Part shown: positions 51,317 to 63,610 of the stretch, piece by piece
How positions within the stretch are numbered: the first letter of the stretch is position 1
Layout of the letters: every line of letters starts with the position of its first letter
NCBI RefSeq assembly: GCF_006345805.1
Contig: NC_043013.1
Span: forward strand, 14,632,001-14,696,000
Length of the DNA: 64,000 bases
DNA from: Octopus sinensis
Lineage: Eukaryota
Direction: 5' to 3'
Translations under genes and position numbers: made by a program
Notes under the pieces: model-generated
The model's input: the letters and a program-made list of their open reading frames with translations, nothing else
Told to the model about the DNA's origin: nothing
The model's database searches: none

Positions 51317-52845
51317 AGTGCTTCCCTCATAAAAGCATCTGTTGGAACAGACCATGCCTATCATCTCTTCTAGTTATGCTACTGCTAATGGTCTTTTTGG
51401 CCTTGTGAGGTGCTGGGCTTCAAAGAAGTTAACTGTTATTGTTTCACCTTACTGGAAAATCAGATATTTGTGTGAGTGCTTGGTTGTTTCAGCATGACAG
51501 CCTCGGCATCATCTATAGTTTCATGAAGCAAGTGTAGAGACCTTTATTCATACTTATCACTTCTTTTCCTGTTTTTCTTCCATTCTCTTACTGTTTGTTT
51601 GCTTTTATAACTTATGTTCTTTTACACTGAAATCTTGCAGACAAATTGTTTTATGTCCAATGCACCGTGCTTCAATTCACATAACTAATCCTAGACTATC
51701 ATAATAAAAATCATGTGGGTATAAACAGAGTAATAAACGAAGGAATAGATTTATATTTATTATCTATACTACGTTTGTAGAACTTTGATCTATTGGCTAA
51801 TGTATTTCAAACAATGATCATAATCTGACCTTAAGATTTTAAGAGGTTTCAGTGTCACTCATCTAATGATCATGTGAACAATTAGTCTCAAGCTTAACGA
51901 GATTTCTTTCTGTTAATTAATTTACTACGACTTTTGTAATAACAATTTATTTGTAGTAAAACCATTCGTGGAAAGACTAAGAACGTGTAGAATCTTCAAG
52001 TTTTGCTTTCACAAGGTGATGTAGGCATCAGATTTAATTTGCTTATCTGCCGAATTTTCTAAAGGTAAATTAAAGGAAAAAAGTGTTGCATTAATATAGT
52101 GAAAGAATTTTACCAGTCTTAAAATCCGTATACACACACACTTTCTTAAACTGGATTTTATGCAAATTATTATACAAAAAAATGGTACAACGATGGAATA
52201 AACATTTAATATTTAATCTCGTCCTACAAAGTTCTTAGTGTAAATGTTAGTGCAATTAGTAAAATAAGTACCAGTAACTGAAAGATAGGCTAATTGATTA
52301 TGTACTATCTGCTAAAAAACAAAGAATGTTCTTATACAAAGATATATAAAAAGAAATCATTATAAATATTTGGACTTTCGCATCGTTGAGGTCACCTAAA
52401 TTTTCAAGACATTTTTAACATAACATTTATTAATTCATTCAGCGCCTTAATCCACTCCTCTAGGCGCCGTTAGGTTTCGTTGCACAAAAATAGAGGCTAT
52501 TATTTGTTTCAGTCGGAATGTGAGGAATACATTGGAAGCATTTAGTAGGAAAAATCTCGAAGACGACAAACGTAAAATAAGTCGAATTAATTCTATTTCA
52601 GGAAACATTTTAGAGTTATCCCCCTTTACTAATTTATTACGTACTTGTTTATTTATTTATTTTTGACAGATCAAGAGATTTTCGTATATATTATTTCTCT
52701 TAAAATTACACTCAGCGTAAACAATGTTTTAAAAAAATATATTCGTTCTTAAAAATTTTATTGTGGGATACCGATTAAAAAAAAATAAACTGAGAACTTG
52801 TTGCTGTGTGTTTGGCTTTAAAAGATTTCTGACTAGAAGCAGCAT

Positions 52846-52857
52846 CAAAATGGCCGC
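52846..52857 (+). promoter_or_regulatory. YY1-type motif (CAAAATGGCCGC) in the probable DMXL promoter/5'UTR
   Basis: Matches the YY1 consensus AANATGGC(G/C)GC, about 160 nt upstream of the DMXL ATG, at the left edge of a CpG-retaining domain. Confidence 0.5.
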
Positions 52858-53010
52858 TTACGGTGGAAGGCTGGATTGTGTTTTCCGATGTTTCCAGATT
52901 GGATTATTAGGAACTGATGGAATATACCTGATATTGTAAAATAGCTCCCCTCTCACAAACATATATTTATATATATATATATAAATATATATTAGAAATA
53001 ACCAACAGAG

Positions 53011-53097
53011 ATGAACCGCCATCAAGTTTTGACTGGCGCCTGTAATTCAGGAGACCAATGTTTTGCAGTTGGGAGCGTTGAAGGAATACACTTTACG
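53011..53097 (+). CDS. DMXL: First coding exon of Rabconnectin-3 alpha / DmX-like protein (DMXL1/2 orthologue); the gene continues beyond the window
   Basis: Translates to MNRHQVLTGACNSGDQCFAVGSVEGIHFT (29 codons), then a consensus donor ACG|gtaagt at 53098. It closely matches the N-terminus I recall for human DMXL1 (MNLHQVLTGAVNPGDHCFSVGS...FT) and fly Rbcn-3A. The expected exon 2 (AYAxGCxIVIL...) was not found before 64000. Confidence 0.93.
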
Positions 53098-56000
53098 GTA
53101 AGTAGTAGTAATAATAATAACAATGATTTCTAACAATGAGACAGGACATCGAATGTTGATAGGAAGGCTTTGACGATTATGTCGAACAGTTTGCCTATCA
53201 GTATATGACAAGCACTTATCTTTTACAGACGGAGGAAGGATGAAAAGCCAAAGGAATCGACCCCGGTTTATCACTCCACCGAGGTCGATAAAATAATATA
53301 ATCGATTTCTAACATAGGCACAAGGCTACATATTTTTGCGGAGGTGTGCTATCGCTTTTAATCAGATCTCTGGGACTTGATTGGTACTTAATTTTATTGT
53401 GCACTTGGATAAAATGAAAAGTCAGGTCGACCCTGGCCATTCATCCATCTGAGGGCGATAATGATTTCTATTGATTCGACGTTAAGGTGATACACGATGA
53501 TTGTCTTTGCAGCTAGGTTGACATTGTGGTAATAATAATACACCTACTCACTTCCACAGAAACGTCGGTGTGGTCTCTTGACCTGATTGAAATCGCAGCC
53601 AATTTTCTCAAATCAAACCCCTAACATTTTGGAATGGGCAAACGACGTTGCGTAATGTAGTCCCACCCCTTAAAAGATGGCAATAGCGGAAATCCTTTGA
53701 ACAGGGTCGACTTGGGTTCAAACACCACTGCCTTTAACAACAACAACAACGGAAGCCCTTTAGTTTTCTTTACCTCTGACATGCCTCTAACATTTGTTTT
53801 CGTTTCTTTTTCCTTCTTTTCCATGTAATGTTAGACGACATTCATTCCCCCCCCCCTCCCATTTCACCCTTACTACAAATGAAAAGCTCTTGTTTCTGCC
53901 AGACGTGGAAATCATTTGAGTGTCTCATATGTTTTATACCAAGTACTCTGAGTTTTTAGGTATTTTCAACCGTGTGGTAGCTTCTAGTATTTTTATGCGT
54001 ATCTAGTAATGCATTATCTAATGTATGTGCTTTTTATTATATTTTTTTTTATTTACTTATTTATGTATTTTTGAGACGGTGGTTGGTGATTTTTTTTTGA
54101 GGGAGATTAGGTTTGTTATTTCTAACGAGTCGAACGGACACGTAGGAGACCTCTAAGCTGGCTCTTAGTTGCTAATAGTTATGGTAGTTGTGTCGCTGGT
54201 TATAGTCATCATTGGATAAGATCCATAATGAAATATTATACAGCTAATAACATCATATCTTTCATTCAGACTTGGTGCACGTAGAATTGCACTATTCATT
54301 ATATCCTTCCTATCTGAAGACAGTAGGATGTAATATTAGGGAGATTTTGGACGTTTTTACTAGCAGGTCGAGTGTGTTCATTAGGCCGAATTGTTAATGG
54401 TTTATCCTGTACGTGGTATATGTTGTCTATGCTTAATGTTTCTTGGCGTAACAATCTTTTTTTTTTCTACTTATTGTTTCCCGTCGTTAATAAGAGCCCT
54501 TATACATACGTATTTCCATATGTTGTGAAAGGGATTTATTAAAAATTAATTTAATTGCAGAAAACACAAGCTTATCTAGACTTAACCCTTGTCCCGGTTT
54601 CATACCATCACCTGGCCCTCGCGTGTCTTCAGCGGAGTTCGCTCTGTTGCAAGCATTCAAACCAGGTCTCCGAGCTGAAGATACTTTTCTACCTATCTCC
54701 AGCTTCGGAAGCCCCGTAAAAAAATTTTTTTTTTTAAAGTCAGGGGCACATCCATCTCCTGACTGAGACATCACACATCTATTTATCTATCCTTCTATTT
54801 GTCTATCTATATCTAACTATCTATCTATCCTTCTATCTGTCTATCTATAATTATATATCTATCTATCTATCCTTCTGTCTATCTATAATTATCTATCTAT
54901 ATCTAACTATCTATATCTATCTATCTATCTATATCTATCTATCTATCTATCTAAGACACATACAATTATAATGTATTTACTCATATGAAATAATACTTGA
55001 GGCTTATTCTTGGATGTAACCCATGAACTATAGATTCTTTATGCATATGTATATATTCTTCTACATACATGTACAACAATACATAAAGGCGCGCGCGCGC
55101 GTGTTACAACGACACGTATGTCCAAGATAAGATTTTAAAAGATGACTTTGTATTTGTTGCTCAATGAAGTTTATTCATTCCGTTTTCGAAAGTTGAACTC
55201 TTGACACGGATATAATTAACGCGCAGACACAGACGTGTGTGTTCGTATTGACCTCGGCCGGAGTCCAAATCCCGCCGAGGTCAACTTCGCCTTTCATTCT
55301 TTCGGGAGCAATAATAATAATAATAAGTACCAGTGGAAACATTAGGGTCGATGACGTCGACTTACCCTTTCCCCTAAAACTGCTGGCCCTGTACCAAAAT
55401 TTGAAATCGTAATGATGATGATTATTATAGAAATTTAGCGTTAAGCAATGTCCTTTTGATCAATTTAAAATATAAAGAGAAGCTTGAATATGCTTTCTTT
55501 GCACGCATATACACATTTTCAGTTTGCCAGGTATTCTAAGGTGCGATTTAAGCATTACTTATCTACCAAACTCTCCGAAAACGTACGTATACACACACAC
55601 ACACACACACGTATATAATATTTTCATATGTAAAAGCATCGCGTGCACCGCTAGAAAAAGAAGATAGAGAGAGAAGACCACCACCGCCTTCTTTTGTAGA
55701 ATGTCTTTCCATTTATCCTTTAGACTTACGAAGCTATCTCAAAAAAAATGTCTGTGTACTTCTAACCAACAGATTGCTTGAGAAAATGCATGTCCCATTA
55801 TCTGACTTTGGTCTGACAATCTGTAGAATTCTAGCTGGCAGATTTCAATCAATATAGGTGTCTCTCTCTCTCTCATGACGTTGGCAAGTGGGTGTGGATG
55901 GCTCTCTGACGATGCTTTGCAGATTGTCTTCACTAGGCCGGCTCTTTCTATCCGATTGTGTAACACTAATATTGTCGGCAACAGAATATTCCCCCAATTT

Positions 56001-56144
56001 TAAAACGAAGTAGTTTATAATGATTACTATTACTGGTATTTATTTAATTTGCTAATTATAAATAACGATCGGTAATCTGTATAGAAATGCCCAGATTTAC
56101 TCTGGTTATCTCCATCCCTCTGTAATTTTTTAAAAATTATAGCT

Positions 56145-56196
<52 letters not shown>

Positions 56197-57314
56197 TATA
56201 TTGTGTGTGTGTCTTTCGGTCACCTTGCGGCAAATAAAAGAAAATATTACTAGATACCGTTGTTGTTGTTATTATTACTACTATTATCCCGCCGAGGTCA
56301 ATTTTACCTTTCGTCCCTCCTCCGGGGTCAATAGCATAAAGTATTAGTTGAGCGCTGGGGTCGATGTAATTGACTTTATCTCCTCCCGTCAAAAATTGCT
56401 AGCCCTGTATCACTATTATTATATACTCCAGTTTGATAAGTATCGAATGGGAGACGACGAAATCGTTGCTTAATAAAATCGATATTTGCGGAGGCGAGAA
56501 ATAATCGTGAAAGATCTTAGCTGACTGTTTCTCCGTCTGAATCGTTATAACGACGAACAAACATAACCTTGGTAGAATCGTTAGAACATTGGGGGGGGGG
56601 GGTAAAAAAAATTGCTTTGCGGTATTTATTTCGGCTCTTTGCGTTCTGAGTTCAAATCCTGTCGGGGGTCAGCTTTGCTTTTTCATCCTTTCGGGGGTCG
56701 ATGAAATAAAAGTACAAGTCAAGTGACGAGTACTCTTATTTCGACTAACACTCTCCACTCGGCCCAGCCCCCGCCTCAGAGTCTCTGGCCTTGTGACTAA
56801 ACCAGAAACCATTATTATCATCATTATCTACAACATAATTTGAGGGGTGGGTATTTATGTGTGTGCATAATGTGTCTATGCATGCATGTGTGTGTGTATG
56901 TAGAATGTATGTGTGTCTGTTGACAGAAGGAAAGAAGGGCTGACAACGGGGACTGTTGGACCCAGCTGCGCTCCAATTCCTATGTTCTCGTTGCCAGGGT
57001 AGGGTTCTTTTACGTTTCATTATAGGCATATACACCAATAATTAGAACAGCACAAAAATAAATAAATAAATAAATATCCTAATGAAATTATATTTTCAGT
57101 ACCGAGATAAGAGTTTGTACGAAGCTGTTTGATTTTACTCCGTCGCTAACTCAGAGTTTTGTAGCTCGATACATCTGACGTCGCCCGATCGATGCTATCG
57201 ATCGGGCGACGGAGTGAATCACCAACTTTGTACAAATAATCATACCCTGCAACACGGTTTGGGTTATTCTTCCCCTTGTTTACGAAACAAAATAATGTGT
57301 GCACCCGCCCTCAC

Positions 57315-57318
57315 ACTA

Positions 57319-57389
<71 letters not shown>

Positions 57390-57416
57390 CTATCTATCTA
57401 TCTATCTATCTATCTG

Positions 57417-57462
<46 letters not shown>

Positions 57463-57464
57463 GC

Positions 57465-57506
<42 letters not shown>

Positions 57507-57679
57507 GCCTATCTATCTATCTATCTATCTGCCTATCTATCTATCTATCTATCTGCCTATCTATCTATCTATCTGCTATCTATCTATCTATCTATCTATC
57601 TGCCTATCTATCTATCTACCCACCCATCCATCCATCTATCTATCTATCTTTCTGTCTATCTATCTATCTATCTATCTAC

Positions 57680-57752
<73 letters not shown>
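57315..57752. repeat. (TATC)n / GATA-type microsatellite (others at about 22262-22334, 54780-54953, 58300-58550)
   Basis: Directly visible; it generates the spurious 162-233 aa ORFs. Confidence 0.97.
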
Positions 57753-58118
57753 GTATTTATGTAATATATATGTGTGTGTGTGTGTTGAATGTATCGATAT
57801 GTATGTATAATGAGTATTCAATATTTGTGTGTGTGTATTTAAGTATGTTTATAGGTGATAATAGATGCACAGCACCTCACGATCACAACCTTAGAACAGA
57901 AAATAAGATGTTACAATGTGAGACCCCACCCAATCAACAACCTATACTGTTCTTTTCCCGTATTTTCTTATCTTCTTTTCCCCTTTCCTTATCCATTTAA
58001 AGCCTACATTTATCGGTATGTTTAGAAGGGCAGACAGGGGCGAATTAGCAAAAGACGAAGAAAGGTGGTGTAGACAACAAACAGACGTATTGGTTTAACG
58101 CTCGGCAAGTGAAAAAGT

Positions 58119-58154
58119 CTTTAACGTTTCGAGCCTACGCTCTTCCACAGAAAG
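58119..58154 (-). ncRNA. Hammerhead-like variant, family D (core CUGUGGA, A6U)
   Basis: Reverse complement reads cttt CTGTGGA a gagc gtag gctc GAAA cg TT aaag; the flanks are homologous to the 9.5-9.7 kb repeat. Confidence 0.55.
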
Positions 58155-58322
58155 AAACAAGGAAAGAAAATAATGTGTAGTGGCTAGCGATCTTCGGTTT
58201 GCTTTGTGCCACAGAACGTTCGTTGTACAAGCGAATTTCATTTACCAGTCATCGGTGGTACAGTTATTAAATTTATAAAGTGAAATTGTCCTGTCTGTCT
58301 GTCTACCTATCCACCCACCCAC

Positions 58323-58401
<79 letters not shown>

Positions 58402-58495
58402 CCTACCTACCTACCTACCTACCTACCTACCTATCTATCTATCTTTATATCTACCTATCTTTATATATAAGATAGATATAACGATAGATATATAG

Positions 58496-58542
<47 letters not shown>

Positions 58543-58713
58543 GTCTGTCTACACACACACGAGGATGTAAGCCAACTCAGTATTGAATATATTTCGCTCA
58601 ACACTCATGCTTGAGTTGAAAAACAAGAAAAGGACTCAATACAGAATGTGAGGTATAAGATATTTATTACAGACCCGACATTGCTTGTCTGTCTGTCTCT
58701 CCCCCCCCTCTCT

Positions 58714-58767
<54 letters not shown>

Positions 58768-59104
58768 GTGCAAGGATGTAAGATTTCTAGTTCGCTCTGT
58801 CTTTTTTTCTGTTTTTCTTGTTGAAGTGATTGATTGATTGATTAGAGTAAGGTGTATTGATCTGATTTTGAGTTGCAAAAGATTACATCTATGAAGGTAG
58901 GATTAGCGTTAAATTTCACCATTTTCTATTGGACACTGTATTTGCGTAGGTAGTAGACTAGTTCTTGACTTTATTAGCAGGCCGCAAACGAAAGAAGAAA
59001 GCCGTAGAAATTCTCTTCCTGTGGCCTTTCTCGTCTCGTTGTCCCTTAAGCTGCAGTTAAAAGTTTGAATGAATGAATGAAGTTGCAACGTAAAATTGCT
59101 CTTT

Positions 59105-59262
59105 CTCACCCTCCCTCCCTCCGCTCTCTCTCTCTCTCTCTCCCTCCCTCCCTCCTCTCGCTCTCTCTCTCTCCCTCCCTCTCTCCCTCTCTCTCTCTCT
59201 CTCTCCCTCCCTCCCTCCCTCTCTCTCTCTCTCCCTCCCTCCCTCTCTCTCTCCCCCCCCCG
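59105..59262. repeat. Polypyrimidine (CT/CCCT)n tract
   Basis: About 155 nt of essentially only C and T. Confidence 0.95.
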
Positions 59263-59875
59263 TGGTTAAAACCTTCTAACACAATAAAAGCAACACCGTT
59301 ATACTTTTAGCTAGGCACAATGCGTTTGTTTGTTGTTGTTGTTGTTTAACCCCAGGTCAGCTTTGACCGAGCAAACTTGCGTTCAGGTCCAAGGCAATTT
59401 GGCCCGTGCCTGTGCTCGTGACCACTCTATATCATATTCAGACGTTGTGCTTCTAGGACCACAGGGAGAATTCGGTTGCTCTTTCTAGTAAGTCGAGCGA
59501 CTACGTAGAAGCTGGTCCGTGCGTTTGCATTTCATGAGACAATTTGTACGTACATACAGAAATGTGTATATTTTACATACACACATGCACCCATATATAT
59601 AGACACACACACACACATACACTCACACACATATACATACATGAACGCATACATACATGTATAATGTACATATATTCTTTTACTCTCTTACTTGTTTCAG
59701 TCGTTTGACTGCGGCCATGCTGGAGCACCGCTTTTAGTCGAGCAAATCGGCCCCTGGACTTATTCTTTGTAAGCCTAGTACTTATTCTATCTGTCTCTTT
59801 TGCCGAACCGCTAAGTTACGGGGACGTAAACACACCACCATCGGTTGTTAAGCGATGCTGGGGGGACAAACACAG

Positions 59876-59909
<34 letters not shown>

Positions 59910-60499
59910 GACAGGCTTCTTTGAGTTTCCATCTACCAAATCCACTCATAAGGCTTTAGTCGGCCCGAGGCTATAGTAGAAGACACTTGCCCAAGGTGCC
60001 ACACAGTGGGACTGAACCCAGAACCATGTGGCTGGTAAGCAAGCTACTTACCACACAGCCACTCCTGCCCCTATATGTATACATACATATATGTGCATCC
60101 ATACATCCATCCATCGGTGCATATGCATATTTACGTGCATAACTCATACATTGCTACAATACACTCATTCATGTATACATGTATTGCATACATTTATTGT
60201 ATACATTTATATATACAATGTATACATGTATTGCATAGACTTTATATACAGACATAATCATACACTTGCATTCATACATTTACATATGTATATGTCTTGT
60301 TAGAGACATGTTCTTAATCATCTGGACGTTTGTTCTTAACTGTATGGTCTTATTGCTTGCAATTATGATTGCCACAAACCTCAAACAGCAAAACGGGGAC
60401 AACTCTGGTGTCGTTATACCACAAATATTTCCTCAGTACAACTGATGAACTACTGGAAAAGGGTGAAAAAATACTCCATGGAGCAAAGGCATGAAAGAT

Positions 60500-60610
60500 A
60501 TATCACATTGAAAGCACCAGTTCTCGTCCGATCACCAAAATTAAGCAACATCGAGCCTAGTTAGTACTTTGATGGGTGACCGCTTGGGAAACCTAGGTGC
60601 TGTAAGCATT
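60500..60610 (+). pseudogene. 5S rRNA pseudogene/retrocopy lacking about the first 10 nt
   Basis: atatcacattgaaagcaccagttctcgtccgatcaccaaaattaagcaacatcgagcctagttagtactttgatgggtgaccgcttgggaaacctaggtgctgtaagcatt aligns collinearly with metazoan 5S rRNA from about nt 11 to the 3' end. Most differences are CpG>CpA type. It is a single copy, not an array. Confidence 0.9.
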
Positions 60611-60786
60611 CCATTACCGTCCAACCCGTGCTAGCGCGGAAAATGGACGTTAAACGATGATGATGATATATATATATATATCTGTAAAATAATATATGAC
60701 AATTATTCAGTAGCCAAGATAAAACTCCGAGGTGGAAATCCACAACACCATCTCTTCGGTTATCTGGCCATCTCTTACCGTTTTTA

Positions 60787-60829
<43 letters not shown>

Positions 60830-61563
60830 ATATATATATATATATATGTGAAGGTGTTGGTGTGACTTAAAAAGCATCCAGTCCCCACTGTAAAGTGGCT
60901 GGCATTTGGAAGTGCATCCAGCTGTAAAAACCGAGCCAGAACTGACCTCACCTGTGCTTGTGCCACGTAAAATGCACTAAGTCCACTCTGCTGGGTGGTT
61001 GGTGTCAGGAGGGGCATCCAGCTGTAAAAATTCTGCCAAAACAGACACAGAAGTATGGTACAGGCCCCTGCCTGGCCAACTCCTGTCAAACCGTCCAACC
61101 CATGCTAGTATGGAAGGCGGATGTTAAATGATGATTTACATCCAAGTGTACATTTACTTAGTAAGTGACTGACACTAATCATTTACAGCTTCTGTGCAGT
61201 GTCAGACAAAGAAACAACACACATACAGCACACACACAACACACACACTACATACAACACGCGCACACAACACACATGCAGCATGCACAAACAACATGCG
61301 CACTCAACACACTCAACATGCATGCAACATGCCTGCATAACACACTCACACACACAACACACTTACAAATAGGTGCAGACATGGTTGTATGATAAAGAAA
61401 CTTGCTTCCCAACCATGTGCTTCTGGGCTCAGTCCCACAGTGTGGTACTTTGGGCAAGTGTCTTCTATTGCAGTCCCGGGCCCATCAAATCCTTGTGACT
61501 AGATTTGGTACACAGAAGCTGAAAAGAAGCTCATCATCTATTTATACATTTTGTATATTTATT

Positions 61564-61619
<56 letters not shown>

Positions 61620-61902
61620 TCTCTCTCTCTCTCTTTCGGAGAGGCACTGAGCAGCTATACGCACACATACACACACGGCAGTAACTTCCATCTACCGAAT
61701 TCAATCAGAAAGCTCCGGTCGGCTCGGGGCTATAGTGGAAGACACCTACCCAAAGTGCCACGCAGTGGGACTGAACCCGAAACCATGTAGCTAGGAAGCA
61801 AGCTCCCTAACCACACAGCCATATATGTATATATATATATATATATATAAAATATACTTGGAAATGGATGCATGGTATTCAATTAAATAATAATATATAA
61901 TA

Positions 61903-61942
<40 letters not shown>

Positions 61943-61949
61943 TGTATAG

Positions 61950-62260
61950 GTACAGGATGTAACCAACATGAAGTACAAAAACAAGCAAGTTAAATACACA
62001 AACAACGAGAGAGAAAAAATTGAAAACGGGACAATTAACACAAAAAAATGACCCTTCATCAGTTGTTGGCTGTCTATGTCTTCGAAGACTCATATTGTCA
62101 TTGAATGCTCGAAATGAGGAGTAGATAGACAGCCGACAACTGATGAAGGGTCGTTCTTTGTGTTACTTGTCCTGTTTTCAATTTTTTTCTCTCATTGTTT
62201 GTATATTTAACTTGCTTGTTTTCGTGCTTCATGTTGTTTACAGTTGGTGACATCCTGTAC
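61950..62260. mobile_element. Foldback element with about 125-bp inverted arms
   Basis: Left arm 61950-62077 is the reverse complement of right arm 62125-62260 (gtacaggatg...catcctgtac), with a 47-nt spacer. Confidence 0.75.
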
Positions 62261-63198
62261 GCCCCCCCCCTATATATTAGGTTCGTGAACACTTGCGAAA
62301 ATTGAATTTTTACTCGCCAAGTACTAACAAAAACAACAAAAATTATTCTTCAAAATAAAGACCATTATTTTCCAAGACTTTCTACGCACTTTTGGGACAA
62401 CCTTATCTATATAATTTTTATACATAAATGTTGTTGACGGTGACTTCAAAGTCTTGGCCAATTCAGCCATCATCAAATGATGGATTGGTTGGCTGAAACT
62501 TCGAAGTCACTGTCAACAACATTCTTGTATAAGAATGATAAACTTGTACTCTACAAAAGTATAGGGTAACATCATCATCATCATCATCCTCATTTAATGT
62601 CTGTTGTCTATGCTGGCATGGGTTGGATGGTTTGACCAGGGCTGGTTAAGCTGAGGGCTGTACCAGCTTCCAGTCGGATTTGGCATGGTTTCTATGGCTG
62701 GATGCCCTTCCTAACACCAACCACTCTGAGAGTGTAATGAGTACTTTTACATGCCATTGGCACCCCATCAGATTAATGTAAAATTGTTTTTATTATAATT
62801 GAACATAAAAGCAAACATTGTGTGTGTGTGTGTTTGTGTGTGTGTAAAACATTGTCTGGATATCATGTGATAGTTGTAAATGAGCATCATTGTCATATGA
62901 GGTTGTTCATTTCCAGTTTTCTGTAAAAAACAAAAAAAAATAAAACATGTATTGCTATCAAAAAATATTACTTTGCTTCGGAAACAAGTGATGGTTGGCA
63001 ACAGGAAGAACATCCCAGCTATAGGAAAGTCTGCCTCAACAAATTCTGTTTGATCCATGCAAGCATGGAAAAGTGGATGTTAAATGATGATGATATATAT
63101 GTGATGAGGTTTTTGTTTCCATCTACCAAATCCACTGACAGGACTTTGGTTGGCCCAGAACTATAGTAGAAGGTGCCATGCAGCGGGGACTGACATTG

Positions 63199-63610
63199 TG
63201 TCCAATGGCATCACTTTGTCTCCAACAATTCAGTGCGACACCAGTGCAGAATCACCTCCCTCCGACAAGTCATCCTAACGAGACGTCTGCATTGGCTGGG
63301 TCATGCCCTCCGTCATCAACCAGGAGAATTCATCTACAAAGCAATTGCCCGAGCTCCCCTTCAGGGTTGGCGAAAGCGATGTGGTGGACAACGAAAAACC
63401 TGGCTGATGACAGTCAAGGCTGATCTGGAACCCAACCTAGGTCTCCATATCTACGGCGTTCGCCGCTGGAATAAGGAGTGGTTGGAGATAACGTGGTCAT
63501 TAGCCTCAAATCGCCAGGCCTGGTTGGCGTTTGTGAGAGATGCAGCATTGAGGATGGATGAAGCCAACTCAACCTACCCCGGGTGAATGCTGTCTCAAGT
63601 CAAGTCAAAG
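63199..63610 (+). mobile_element. RTE/RTEX-clade LINE 3' end inserted into a SINE, with an 8-bp TSD
   Basis: RRLHWLGHALR...GWRKRCGGQRKTW...LASNRQAW, stop at 63586, (CAAGT)n tail; TSD tgacattg at 63191-63198 and 63611-63618. Confidence 0.85.

Noticed and set aside
57214-58000. 162-233 aa ORFs (YLSI/IYLS repeats)
   Set aside because: Translations of a (TATC)n microsatellite; the same applies to the ORFs at 4618-4989, 6415-6913, 27352-27880 and 31424-32018.
62078-62124. TCGAAGA...GAAA...TA in the foldback spacer as a hammerhead
   Set aside because: The core deviates at two conserved positions and stem III does not pair.
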